This document shows, one piece after another, positions 55,333 to 64,000 of a stretch of DNA of 64,000 nucleotides. Every line of letters begins with the position of its first letter. Within the stretch, counting starts at the first letter, position 1. The position numbers were made by a program, and so were the translations under genes. Source of the stretch: Actinomycetes bacterium (GTDB lineage: Bacteria > Actinomycetota > Acidimicrobiia > Acidimicrobiales > JAJYXR01); contig JAJYXW010000034.1 of the NCBI GenBank assembly GCA_021801525.1, positions 5,052 through 69,051 on the forward strand, in the 5' to 3' direction. The notes beneath the pieces are model-generated. The model ran no database searches, was not told the origin of the DNA, and saw nothing but the letters and a program-made list of their open reading frames with translations.

Positions 55333-56560
55333 ATGATCTCCATGTCCACAGCCACCAGGACCGTCAAACCAGCCCTGGTGGCGCTCTTGGCGTTGTCGTG
55401 CGGCGTCGCCGTAGCGAACCTTTACTACGCACAGCCCCTGCTCGCCACGATCGCAACGTCCTTCCACACCTCCTCGGCCAGCGCTGCCACGGTGGTGACA
55501 GTGGCCCAAGTCGGCTACGGGCTCGGTCTGGCGCTCCTGGTCCCCTTGGGGGACATCCGCGAGAGGAGGAGGGTCGTGCCGCTAGTCCTAGTCGCTACCA
55601 CAGCGGCGCTCGTAGCAGCCGGAAACGCGCCGGACATTGCAGTCCTTGCTGCGGCAGCTGCGGCCATCGGGTTCAGCGCCGTCGTCGCGCAGATACTCGT
55701 GCCCTTCGCGGCCCAACTGGCAGGTGACGCGGAGCGCGGGCGGGTGGTCGGCACCGTGATGAGCGGCTTGTTGATCGGGATCCTCCTAGCACGCACCGTG
55801 GCCGGAGTCGTTGCCGAGCTCGCCGGCTGGCGTGCCATCTACCTGCTTGCCGCCGGTTGGGTCGCCCTCCTCGCCGTAGTGCTCTGGCGCACCCTACCGG
55901 CCGAGGAGCCGCGAGCGCCCATGCCGTACCGTAAGCTGCTCGCGTCCGTGATCCACCTGGTGCGGGCCGAGCCTGTGCTCAGACGCCGGAGCCTGTACGG
56001 CCTCTTGACCTTCGCCTGCTTCAATATCCTGTGGACGAGCCTCTCCTTCCTCCTGGCCGGACCGCCTTACCACTACTCGAACGCTGTGATCGGGCTCTTC
56101 GGTCTGCTCGGAGCTGGGGGCGCAGTCGCGGCCGGTAGCCGGCCGGCTCTCGGATCGCGGGCTCGACGGCATCCTCAGCGGCGTCACGCTGGCTGTCGTT
56201 GCCGGCTCGTTCGGTCTCCTGGCACTCGGCCGGCGAGAGCTCGCGCCGCTCATGGCCGGGATCGTCCTGCTGGACCTCGGTGCCCAAGGCACCCACCTGT
56301 TCAACCAGAGCCATGTCTTCCGGCTCGACCCTGCGGCGAGGAGCAGGCTCAACACCGCCTACATGGTGGCGTACTTCGTCGGAGGCTCCCTAGGTTCGCT
56401 CGGTACTGGACTCGTCTACGACCTAGCCGGGTGGGCCGGGGTGTGCATACTAGGCTCCGCCCTCGGTACCTGCGGTTTCGCCGCATGGCTGACCGAGCGG
56501 CCCTGGCAGCGGTATCGCGGCTCGACTGGCCAGGCTCTCAGCAGGTCGGCACTCAGTTGA
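55333..56560 (+). pseudogene. MFS transporter interrupted by a +1 frameshift near 56116-56137
   Basis: Frame 1 encodes TM1-6 up to ...GLLGAGGAVAA. The MFS continuation VAGRLSDRGLDGILSG...MAGIVLLDLGAQG...AWLTERPW runs in frame 2 to the TGA at 56558-56560. Total length 1228 nt, which is 409 codons plus 1 nt. Frame 1 beyond ~56140 is Arg-rich nonsense overlapping the merR gene. Confidence 0.75.
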
Positions 56561-56567
56561 ACCGCGA

Positions 56568-57059
56568 TCAGGAGGCCGGCCGGCCGGCCTCCTCTGCCTC
56601 GAGGTCACGCGCCCTCACCCGGTTCCGCTTGGCCCTGGCACCGAGATCCTCGAGCATCGCGTCGAGGCGGTCACGCTTGGCCTTCACCATGGCCCTGAGG
56701 CGGGCGTTTATCTGCATCGCCTCAGCCAGGATCTCCTTCCTACGCGCCACGTCTCCACCCGCCTGGTACTCGCTCCGCAACGCCGCCAGCTGGTCCTCCG
56801 AACGCATGATGGTGCGGATCTCACCCAAGTCGAAACCGAGCAGTTCCTGCAGCTCGCGGATGCGCTGGAGCCGTGCCACGTCAGCGTCGGTGTAACGCCG
56901 GGCTCCGCCGGCGGAATGGCCCGCCGGAACGACAAGGCCGAGCTCCTCGTAGTAGCGCAGCGTGCGGCACGACACCCCTGCCTGCTCGGCGGCCTCACCG
57001 ATGCGCAACACTGCTGCGCTACCCACTGTTCCGGCACCCACTGCCTCTCCACGAGCCAC
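56568..57059 (-). CDS. MerR-family transcriptional regulator
   Basis: LRIGEAAEQAGVSCRTLRYYEELGLV...RRYTDADVARLQRIRELQELLGFDLGEI, followed by a coiled coil. Confidence 0.85.
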   Translation of the reverse strand: MARGEAVGAGTVGSAAVLRIGEAAEQAGVSCRTLRYYEELGLVVPAGHSAGGARRYTDADVARLQRIRELQELLGFDLGEIRTIMRSEDQLAALRSEYQAGGDVARRKEILAEAMQINARLRAMVKAKRDRLDAMLEDLGARAKRNRVRARDLEAEEAGRPAS

Positions 57060-57075
57060 TTCCAGATCGTAGCTT

Positions 57076-57091
57076 ACGTTGACGTGAACGT
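57076..57091. promoter_or_regulatory. Imperfect 16-bp palindrome (candidate MerR-type operator)
   Basis: acgttgacgtgaacgt matches its reverse complement at 14 of 16 positions. Sits in the AT-richer divergent region between merR (56568-57059) and the DUF1015 gene. Confidence 0.35.
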
Positions 57092-57225
57092 TATATCAGC
57101 GTGCCGCAAGATCGCCGTTGCGGCCGGCAACAGCCCGGCTGGCAGGCGCGAAGATCGGCTCCCTGTTCCCTCCCCAGATCATGGAACCTTGCCACGGCAC
57201 CCCCGCCGTATGCTACGCAGGAGCC

Positions 57226-58407
57226 ATGCCGCGATTCGAACCCTTCTCAGGCCTGCGCTACGCGCCTGGCCTGGACCTGTCCCAGCTGATCTGCCCGCCC
57301 TATGACGTGGTGAGCCCCGAGGAGAGAGAGAAGCTCGCCGCCTCCCACCCCGCGAACGCCATCCACGTCGAGCTCCCTGTGGAAGATGGCGAATCCGGCC
57401 TGGACCGCTACGCGAACGCTGCCTCGCTGCTCGATCGCTGGCGTGCGGACGGTTCCCTGGTCCTCGACGAAGCGCCGGCCTTCTACCTGTTGCGGATGAC
57501 CCACCCCGACGGGCGCTCCACCCGCGGCGTCATAGGCGCTCTCGGCTGCGAACCCCCTGGCGGCGACGTGCTCCCCCACGAGGAGACCATCCCTAAGGAC
57601 AAGAGCGACCGCCTCGACCTGCTTCGCGCCTGCAGGGCAAATCTCTCCCCGATATGGGGCCTCTCTCTCGCCAGCGGGCTCGCAGAGCTCTTCGACGCTG
57701 AAGGACCAGCCCCCGCCACCGCTCTCGACGGCAGCGGCGTCCTCCACGAGCTCTGGCCTATCACCTCGCGCGAGCGCGTGGGAGCCATAGCGTCGGCCGT
57801 CGCGGACTCACCCGTAGTCATAGCGGACGGGCACCACCGATATGAGACGGCTCTCGCGTACCAGGCCGAGCAGCGGTCGGCCGGTGCCGGTGCCGGAGGC
57901 CACGACCTCGTCATGGCATTGGTGGTCGAGCTGTCTGCCGACGAGCTCTCGGTCCGGGCCATTCACCGCACGCTGCATGGGGTCCCTGCGGACTTCGACC
58001 TCCTCGGGGCATTCGAAGAAGTTTTCGAGGCGACGCCCCTGCCCGGTGGCCTTCCGGCCAGGATGCCCGAGGTGCCCAAGGAGCTGGTGCTGGTCACGAC
58101 GACCGGTGCATGGTCACTCGCACCCAGGGCTGCGGCCCTCGAGGAGGCCCGATCCGACCTCGATTCGAGCGTCGTGGCGCTCGCCGCTGCAGGGATACCC
58201 GGCGCCTCCACCCGCCATCACCACACTCCCGACGAAGCTCTGGCGGAGCTGCGAGCAGGGCGCGCGGACGCTGCGGTGCTGCTCAGACCGGTGACTGTGG
58301 ACCAGATTGCCGCGTGGGCCCACGAGCGCCGGCGCATGCCTCCCAAGTCGACCTACTTCCACCCCAAGCCCGCCACGGGGTTGGTGTTCCGGCTGCTCGG
58401 CGACTAG
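57226..58407 (+). CDS. DUF1015 family protein
   Basis: MPRFEPFSGLRYAP...ICPPYDVVS...ADGHHRYETAL is typical of DUF1015. ATG 57226 follows GCAGGAG. Confidence 0.8.
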   Translation: MPRFEPFSGLRYAPGLDLSQLICPPYDVVSPEEREKLAASHPANAIHVELPVEDGESGLDRYANAASLLDRWRADGSLVLDEAPAFYLLRMTHPDGRSTRGVIGALGCEPPGGDVLPHEETIPKDKSDRLDLLRACRANLSPIWGLSLASGLAELFDAEGPAPATALDGSGVLHELWPITSRERVGAIASAVADSPVVIADGHHRYETALAYQAEQRSAGAGAGGHDLVMALVVELSADELSVRAIHRTLHGVPADFDLLGAFEEVFEATPLPGGLPARMPEVPKELVLVTTTGAWSLAPRAAALEEARSDLDSSVVALAAAGIPGASTRHHHTPDEALAELRAGRADAAVLLRPVTVDQIAAWAHERRRMPPKSTYFHPKPATGLVFRLLGD

Positions 58408-59477
58408 CCAGGAACCTCCCACGTGCCGCCCGAGCGGAGCAGCTCACCCAGGTCGCCGTGACCCTTTCGCTCCTCGGCCGCCTCGACCTGCGCCGCCATC
58501 GCTTCGCCGTACTCGCTTCGCTCTACGCAGCGGAACACACCGATGGGCGTCGGCTCGAAGGGACCCCGCGCAAGGCGTGACAGCTGGAACGCAAGCCCAG
58601 GGTCCTCGCGGCTTTCGTCGTGGACGAGGATCGCGTCCTCGCCCACCTCGGCGACCTCCGCAACCCTGAGTCGCCCGTCGGGCTCGAGCACGACGCAGTG
58701 CTCTCCCTCGGCCCCGAAACGGATCGGCTCACCGTGACGAAGCGGGATCAGCTTGTCCGCCCGGACGTCACGCCCTGTCACACGCTCGAACGCCCCGTCG
58801 TTGAAGACGTTGCAGTTCTGGTACACCTCCACGAGCGATGCACCCTTGTGCTCGTGCGCTCGGCGGAAGGTCTCCATCATGTGCTTGCGGTCCATGTCGT
58901 GGGTCCGCGCCACGAAGGTCGCCTCGGCGCCGAGGGCCAGGCTCACGGGGTTGAACGGGCTCTCCAGGGATCCGAATGGCGTGGACTTCGTAACCTTCCC
59001 CTGCTCGGAAGTCGGCGAGTACTGACCCTTGGTCAGGCCATATATCTGGTTGTTGAAGAGCAGGATCGTGAGGTCGACGTTCCGGCGCAACGCGTGGATG
59101 AGGTGGTTGCCACCGATGGAGAGCGCGTCACCGTCGCCACTCACGACCCACACGTCGAGGTCCGGCCGGGTCACGGCGAGACCGGTCGCTATGGCCGCGG
59201 CACGACCATGTATGGAGTGCATGCCGTACGTGCTCATGTAGTAGGGGAAGCGCGCGGCGCACCCGATACCCGAGATGAACACCGTGTCCTCCCGCCGCAC
59301 GCCGAGCTCGGGAAGGAGCATCTGCACGGCAGCGAGGATCGAGTAGTCCCCGCAGCCCGGGCACCAGCGGACTTCCTGGTCCGACGTCCAGTCCTTGCGG
59401 GTCGTGACGGGGATCGCGCCCGTCTGCGCCGGCCCCGCGGACCCGTTCGTCGACTTGTGGTCAGCCAAGACGGTCAT
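58404..59477 (-). CDS. korB: 2-oxoglutarate/2-oxoacid:ferredoxin oxidoreductase beta subunit
   Basis: RWCPGCGDYSIL and GDGDALSIGGNH ThDP motif. 4-nt overlap with korA. Confidence 0.9.
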   Translation of the reverse strand: MTVLADHKSTNGSAGPAQTGAIPVTTRKDWTSDQEVRWCPGCGDYSILAAVQMLLPELGVRREDTVFISGIGCAARFPYYMSTYGMHSIHGRAAAIATGLAVTRPDLDVWVVSGDGDALSIGGNHLIHALRRNVDLTILLFNNQIYGLTKGQYSPTSEQGKVTKSTPFGSLESPFNPVSLALGAEATFVARTHDMDRKHMMETFRRAHEHKGASLVEVYQNCNVFNDGAFERVTGRDVRADKLIPLRHGEPIRFGAEGEHCVVLEPDGRLRVAEVAEVGEDAILVHDESREDPGLAFQLSRLARGPFEPTPIGVFRCVERSEYGEAMAAQVEAAEERKGHGDLGELLRSGGTWEVPG

Positions 59478-61447
59478 CGCGACTCCACCTCTTCTCCCTC
59501 TTCTCCGAGCATCGCCAGCACGGCGTTCTCTATCTCCGCGGCCTTGAAGGGCACCCCCTGCACCTTGGAGAGCGGACGGGCATCCACCAGGTACTCCGCA
59601 CGCACCAGGCGCGCGAGCTGGCCCAGGTTCGCCTCGGGCACGAGAAGGAGCCGGTAGGCACGGAGCACCTCGCCCAGGTTCGGCGGGAAGGGGTTCAGGT
59701 GCACCAGGTGCAGGTGCGCCACCTGCAGGCCCCGTGCCCTGACTCGGCGCACCCCCGCGGCGATAGCACCGTAGGTCGATCCCCAGCCGAGCACGAGCAG
59801 CGGTGCGCCCCCGAGGCCGGCGGGGTCGTCAACCTCCACCGGCGGGATCGAGGCAGCCACCCTCGCGATCTTCTCCGCCCGCAGGTGCACCATCCGCTCG
59901 TGGTTGGCGGGGTCGTACGCTACGCTGCCCGAGCCGTCGGCCTTCTCGAGCCCACCGATGCGATGCTCGAGGCCCGGGGTGCCAGGCACCGCCCAGGGCC
60001 TTGCCAGCGTCTCGGGGTCACGCAGGTAGGGCCAGAACTCCGGGTCTCCCTCCGGGCCCTCGTGATTTGGCTCGGTTGCGAAGTCGACATGGATGTCTGG
60101 CAGCGCCTCCACGTCGGGAAGCCGCCAGGGCTCCGATCCGTTCGCCAGATAGCCGTCCGAGAGGATGATCACCGGAGTCCGGTACGCGAGCGCGATGCGC
60201 GCAGCCTCGATGGCCACCTCGAAGCATTGCGACGGCCTTCCCGGTGCGACCACGGGCACCGGGGCTTCGCCGTGGCGCCCGTACATGGCGTGGAGGAGGT
60301 CGGACTGCTCGGTCTTCGTGGGAAGCCCCGTGGACGGACCGCCGCGCTGGATGTCCACGACCAGCAACGGCAGCTCGAGGTTCACTGCGAGCCCTATAGT
60401 CTCCGACTTCAGATCGAGCCCCGGACCGCTCGTCGTAGTCACCCCGAGCGATCCGCCAAAGGCCGCGCCTAGCGCAGCCCCGATCCCCGCGATCTCGTCC
60501 TCGGCCTGCAGGGTTCTGACCCCGAAGTGCTTCTGCTTCGAGAGCTCGTGGAGGATGTCGGACGCCGGCGTGATCGGGTACGAGCCGAGGAAGAGCGGAA
60601 GGCCTGCCAAGCGTGCGGCTGCGATGAGGCCCCAGGCGAGCGCCGTGTTGCCAGTCACGTCGGTGTAGGTGCCGGGCGCCAGTGCCGCAGGACGCACCTG
60701 GTAGTTGGACTCGAATAGCTCCGCCGTCTCCCCGAAGTGGTACCCCGCCTTGTATGCCCTGCTGTTGGCGTCGAGGACCTGTGGCTTGTCGGCAAAGCGC
60801 TTGGCGATCCACTCGATGGTGGGATCGACAGGGCGGCTGTAGAGCCATGTCACCAGGCCCAGCGCGAAGAAGTTCTTGGAGCGCTCGGCGTCGCGGGGCT
60901 TCACGCCCGCCTCCTTGCACACCTCCAGGGTGAGAGAGGTCATCGGCACCTCGTAGACCCTGAGCGAGCTGAGGCTCCCGTCCGCGAGCGGGTTCGCCGC
61001 ATAGCCGGCCTTCTCCAGGGAACGCTCGTCGAAGCTGTCGACGTTCACGATCACGGTGCCGCCGGAGGGCACCGCGGCGACATTGGCCTTGAGCGCCGCC
61101 GGGTTCATCGCCACGAGCACGTTGGGCGCGTCGCCCGGGGTGAGGATGTCGTGGTCCGAAATGTGGACCTGGAAGGCCGACACGCCTGCAAGGGTTCCTG
61201 CCGGCGCCCTGATCTCCGCCGGGAAGTCCGGCAGCGTCGCGGTGTCGTTGCCGAAGAGCGAGCTGACCGTCGTGAACTGGCTGCCGGTGAGCTGCATGCC
61301 GTCACCGGAGTCGCCGGCGAAGCGGATGACCACCCGGTCGAGCTCCACCGTTGAGTGCTCGCGATGCTCGCCCAGATCGTCTCCGGTGGTCGCGGCTCCG
61401 TTCGTCGCGTCCGCGGTGGTCGCGGTCCCGCTGGTGGAAGCCGGCAT
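59474..61447 (-). CDS. korA: 2-oxoglutarate/2-oxoacid:ferredoxin oxidoreductase alpha subunit
   Basis: RFAGDSGDGMQLTG..., GSYPITPASDILH. ATG 61447 follows GGAGG. Large fused alpha/gamma subunit, as in mycobacterial KOR. Confidence 0.9.
   Translation of the reverse strand: MPASTSGTATTADATNGAATTGDDLGEHREHSTVELDRVVIRFAGDSGDGMQLTGSQFTTVSSLFGNDTATLPDFPAEIRAPAGTLAGVSAFQVHISDHDILTPGDAPNVLVAMNPAALKANVAAVPSGGTVIVNVDSFDERSLEKAGYAANPLADGSLSSLRVYEVPMTSLTLEVCKEAGVKPRDAERSKNFFALGLVTWLYSRPVDPTIEWIAKRFADKPQVLDANSRAYKAGYHFGETAELFESNYQVRPAALAPGTYTDVTGNTALAWGLIAAARLAGLPLFLGSYPITPASDILHELSKQKHFGVRTLQAEDEIAGIGAALGAAFGGSLGVTTTSGPGLDLKSETIGLAVNLELPLLVVDIQRGGPSTGLPTKTEQSDLLHAMYGRHGEAPVPVVAPGRPSQCFEVAIEAARIALAYRTPVIILSDGYLANGSEPWRLPDVEALPDIHVDFATEPNHEGPEGDPEFWPYLRDPETLARPWAVPGTPGLEHRIGGLEKADGSGSVAYDPANHERMVHLRAEKIARVAASIPPVEVDDPAGLGGAPLLVLGWGSTYGAIAAGVRRVRARGLQVAHLHLVHLNPFPPNLGEVLRAYRLLLVPEANLGQLARLVRAEYLVDARPLSKVQGVPFKAAEIENAVLAMLGEEGEEVESR
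61384..61443. repeat. 30-bp x2 repeat at the korA 5' end
   Basis: ggtggtcgcgg(c/t)cc... at 61384 and 61414. Encodes Thr/Ala-rich decapeptides just after the ATG at 61447. Confidence 0.8.
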
Positions 61448-61629
61448 GACCCTCCAAGTCGTCGCTCGTGTCCCGTAGGCCTGGCCCGGCCGGTGCCGCC
61501 ACCAGGCGGGGACCGGCCACGAGGAGCCCACGGCCGCAGGAATGTTTCAGGTGCGTTACAAGTCTAGCCGCGCGCGGGCCGCTCCGTGGGGGACTCCTCG
61601 CAGCCACAGCCCCCCGGTTGCGAGGGTGC

Positions 61630-62700
61630 TCAGGCGATCGTGACAGCCGGGTCGAGGAACACGTCCTGGACAGAGTGGAGGAGCTCGACCCCTTCGGCCA
61701 TCGGTCGCTGGAACGACTTGCGGCCGACGATAAGGCCCGTGCCGCCCGCTCGCTTGTTGACGACCGCAGTGCGAACCGCCTGCGCGAGGTCCGAGGCCCC
61801 GGAGGACTCCCCACCGGAGTTGATGAGGCCGATCCGCCCGGCGTAGCCGTTGAGAACCTGCCAGCGGGTGCGGTCGATCGGGTGGTCTGCCACGAGGGTG
61901 TCGTAGACGATCGGGTCGGTCTTGCCGAATCCGAGCGCCAGGTAGCCACCGTTGCACTCCGGCTGCTTCTGCTTCACGAGGTCCGCCTCGATGGTGACTC
62001 CCAGGTGGTTTGCCTGACCGGTCAGGTCTGCAGACAGGTGGTAGTCCGCCTCGCTCGTCTTGAAAGCCGGATTGCGCAGGTAGCACCACAGCACCGTGAA
62101 GAGGCCGAGGTCATGCGCCTCGGCAAAAGCAGCGGACACCTCGCGCAGCTGGCGGTCGCTCTGCTCGGAGCCGAAGTAGATCGTGGCCCCCACCCCGACC
62201 GCCCCGAGGTCTGCGGCCTGGCGCGCGCTGCCGAAGAGCACCTGGTCGTACGTGTTGGGGTAGTGGAGGAAGTCGTTGTGGTTCAGCTTCACTATGAACG
62301 GGATCTTGTGAGCGAAACGCCTGGCGACTGCGCCCAGCCCCCCGAGAGTCGTCGCTATGGCCGAGCATCCCCCCTCGATTGCGAGGCGGCAGAGATTTGC
62401 AGGGTCGAAGTACGCAGGGTTCTTGGCAAAGCTCGCCGCGGCAGAGTGCTCGATCCCCTGGTCCACCGGCAAGATGGACAGGTAGCCGGTGCCGCCCAGG
62501 CGGCCGTGGCCGAACAGCGTGCCGAGGTTCCGGAGAACTGCCGGAGACCTGTCGCTATCGACGAGGACCCTGTCGATGAAGTCCGGGCCGGGTAGCACGA
62601 GCTCGCCCGACGGCACGCCTTTGCACTCGTATCCGAGAAGCTTCTCGGCCTCGGGACCAAGCAGTGCCTCGATGTCCGTCGTCACTTGTCTCCTCTTCAA
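61630..62700 (-). CDS. fbaB: Class I fructose-bisphosphate aldolase (FbaB/DhnA type)
   Basis: ~350 aa. LLGYECKG..., [12 protein letters not shown]..., FIVKLNH... resemble E. coli FbaB. GAGGAG RBS. Confidence 0.8.
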   Translation of the reverse strand: MKRRQVTTDIEALLGPEAEKLLGYECKGVPSGELVLPGPDFIDRVLVDSDRSPAVLRNLGTLFGHGRLGGTGYLSILPVDQGIEHSAAASFAKNPAYFDPANLCRLAIEGGCSAIATTLGGLGAVARRFAHKIPFIVKLNHNDFLHYPNTYDQVLFGSARQAADLGAVGVGATIYFGSEQSDRQLREVSAAFAEAHDLGLFTVLWCYLRNPAFKTSEADYHLSADLTGQANHLGVTIEADLVKQKQPECNGGYLALGFGKTDPIVYDTLVADHPIDRTRWQVLNGYAGRIGLINSGGESSGASDLAQAVRTAVVNKRAGGTGLIVGRKSFQRPMAEGVELLHSVQDVFLDPAVTIA

Positions 62701-62781
62701 TCGCTCCGGCCTGGCCCCCTGACGAGACCCTCCGGTCGATCACCAGGATCGACCTTCGGGGTCGTGACCGTTTCCCGAAGT

Positions 62782-63525
62782 CTACCGCTGCTCGCCTGCG
62801 GGCCTCCCCCGCCGCCCGTGCCGCGCCCGGCGTCCGCGCGCACCCAGATCCGCCAGCCGGTCCCTCACGTCGGCCATGTCGGGTGCGTCGGAGGCCAGCC
62901 ATCCGAACACCTCGCGCGCCCGAGTCGTGTCGCCGGCTCGATCGTATAGATCAGCGAGCACGTACCATTGCCGGAGGTGTCGCTCCGCAGGGTGCTGCAG
63001 CCTCCGAGCAGCGCCCGCGCGGCTGAGCAGCGAGATCGCCTCCCCGAGCCGGCCCTCGTCGGCGAGGAACGCCGCGTACACCAGCCTGCCCTCCACGAGC
63101 ACGTCTGCAGGAGGTGAGGCCTTCACCAGCTCCGCCCAAAGCAGCTCCACTCCGAGGCGCTCCCGGAGCGCCCGGTGGCAGTCCATCAGCACCGGCACCT
63201 GGTCGACGTTCCCGGACTCCCGCCACAACGGCTCGAGATAGCGGATTGCGTCCTTCCAGCGGCCGAGCCGGTAGCACGCCAGGCCGCACAGCTCCCTCGG
63301 AGCCACGGCGCCCGGCGCCAGGCGCCGGACCTGGCGGGCCATGCGGAGCGAATCCGCATAACGGTCACGGCCGTAGGCCTCCGCGGCTCGTGCCAGCTTC
63401 ACGGCAACCTCGCGCGCGGCTGCCCGCCCTACTGCGGCCGCCAGCTCATCCACAACACCGTCGGGGAGCTCCGGCCGGGACGGAGCAGTGGGGTCTTCGA
63501 GGGTCTCCGTCGGGCACGCGCGCAC
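62782..63525 (-). CDS. TPR-repeat protein, function unknown
   Basis: 247-aa helical ORF with TPR-like periodicity (YGRDRYADSLRMARQV..., LGRWKDAIRYLEPL..., EGRLGEAISLLSRA...). No specific family recognised. Confidence 0.5.
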   Translation of the reverse strand: MRACPTETLEDPTAPSRPELPDGVVDELAAAVGRAAAREVAVKLARAAEAYGRDRYADSLRMARQVRRLAPGAVAPRELCGLACYRLGRWKDAIRYLEPLWRESGNVDQVPVLMDCHRALRERLGVELLWAELVKASPPADVLVEGRLVYAAFLADEGRLGEAISLLSRAGAARRLQHPAERHLRQWYVLADLYDRAGDTTRAREVFGWLASDAPDMADVRDRLADLGARGRRARHGRRGRPAGEQR

Positions 63526-63578
63526 CCCAAGAGGCTAGCACCACGGGAAAATCCCCAATCCCGTCATGTGCGGGCGCG

Positions 63579-63612
63579 AAAAAGGGGCGCACCACGAGGT
63601 GCACCCCTTTTT
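63579..63612 (-). terminator. Intrinsic terminator of the rRNA operon
   Basis: On the minus strand, GGGGTGCACC-TCGT-GGTGCGCCCC (10-bp stem with one G.U pair) is followed by TTTTT. It lies ~10 nt after the 5S 3' end. An A-run on the other side makes it potentially bidirectional. Confidence 0.8.
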
Positions 63613-63621
63613 CAGGAGAAA

Positions 63622-63740
<119 letters not shown>

Positions 63741-63782
63741 CTAGCGCTCTCCCTTCGAGCGTCTCATAGCGAGCACGAGCAA

Positions 63783-64000
<218 letters not shown>

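Noticed and set aside
61532-61629. A hairpin (ctcgcaacc...ggctgcgag) after the aldolase gene as a terminator, and TTGTAA as a korA promoter element.
   Set aside because: The stem has a mismatch and is not followed by a U-tract. The -35/-10 spacing does not fit. The evidence is too weak.

Overview
Very GC-rich, gene-dense chromosomal core segment (about 62 protein genes, mostly on the minus strand) with Actinomycetota-type synteny. GC content was judged by eye, not computed.

Gene order, left to right:
- rbfA-infB-ylxR-nusA-rimP, then proS
- ispG-rip1-dxr-cdsA-frr-pyrH-tsf-rpsB
- a FliA/WhiG-type sigma factor plus xerC
- an orphan peptide-type ABC binding lipoprotein
- mtrA-mtrB plus a short GerMN lipoprotein (mini-LpqB)
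- rsfS-nadD, an LLM/F420-type oxidoreductase, and a class II DAHP synthase
- a long minus-strand operon: aroH-tyrA-aroA-cmk-plsC-ACT-def-MBL-FAD reductase
- rluB-scpB-scpA
- a vapBC toxin-antitoxin pair, the only clearly accessory module
- tyrS plus two small envelope proteins
- menD/menH/menA/menB/menE, an S9 peptidase, and a YhdH-like reductase
- pgsA, a sugar-nucleotidyltransferase/PMM fusion, then gcvH-garA-merR-(HPRT-like)-BFN
- a frameshifted MFS gene plus MerR, DUF1015, korAB, a class I aldolase, and a TPR protein
- the 3' end of an rRNA operon (partial 23S, 5S, terminator)

I do not see a convincing novel multi-gene system: no CRISPR, defence island, prophage or biosynthetic cluster.

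What is unusual:
1. 22 short tandem-repeat arrays (units of 6-57 bp) sit at gene termini and in 5' leaders. Several fall in essential genes.
2. A 162-bp MITE-like element with 18-bp terminal inverted repeats is inserted at a CTAG exactly in the scpA/scpB coupling junction.
3. ylxR encodes its conserved CxxC motif upstream of any canonical start codon.
4. An HPRT-like protein with substituted catalytic residues is embedded in the garA-merR-BFN operon.
5. A tandem array of Shine-Dalgarno-like motifs lies upstream of cmk.
6. An 18-bp iteron-like array that also forms a coupled upstream ORF lies before the sugar-nucleotide gene.
7. An intrinsic terminator lies in the rimP-nusA leader.

Many long alternate-frame ORFs in the track are high-GC artefacts.
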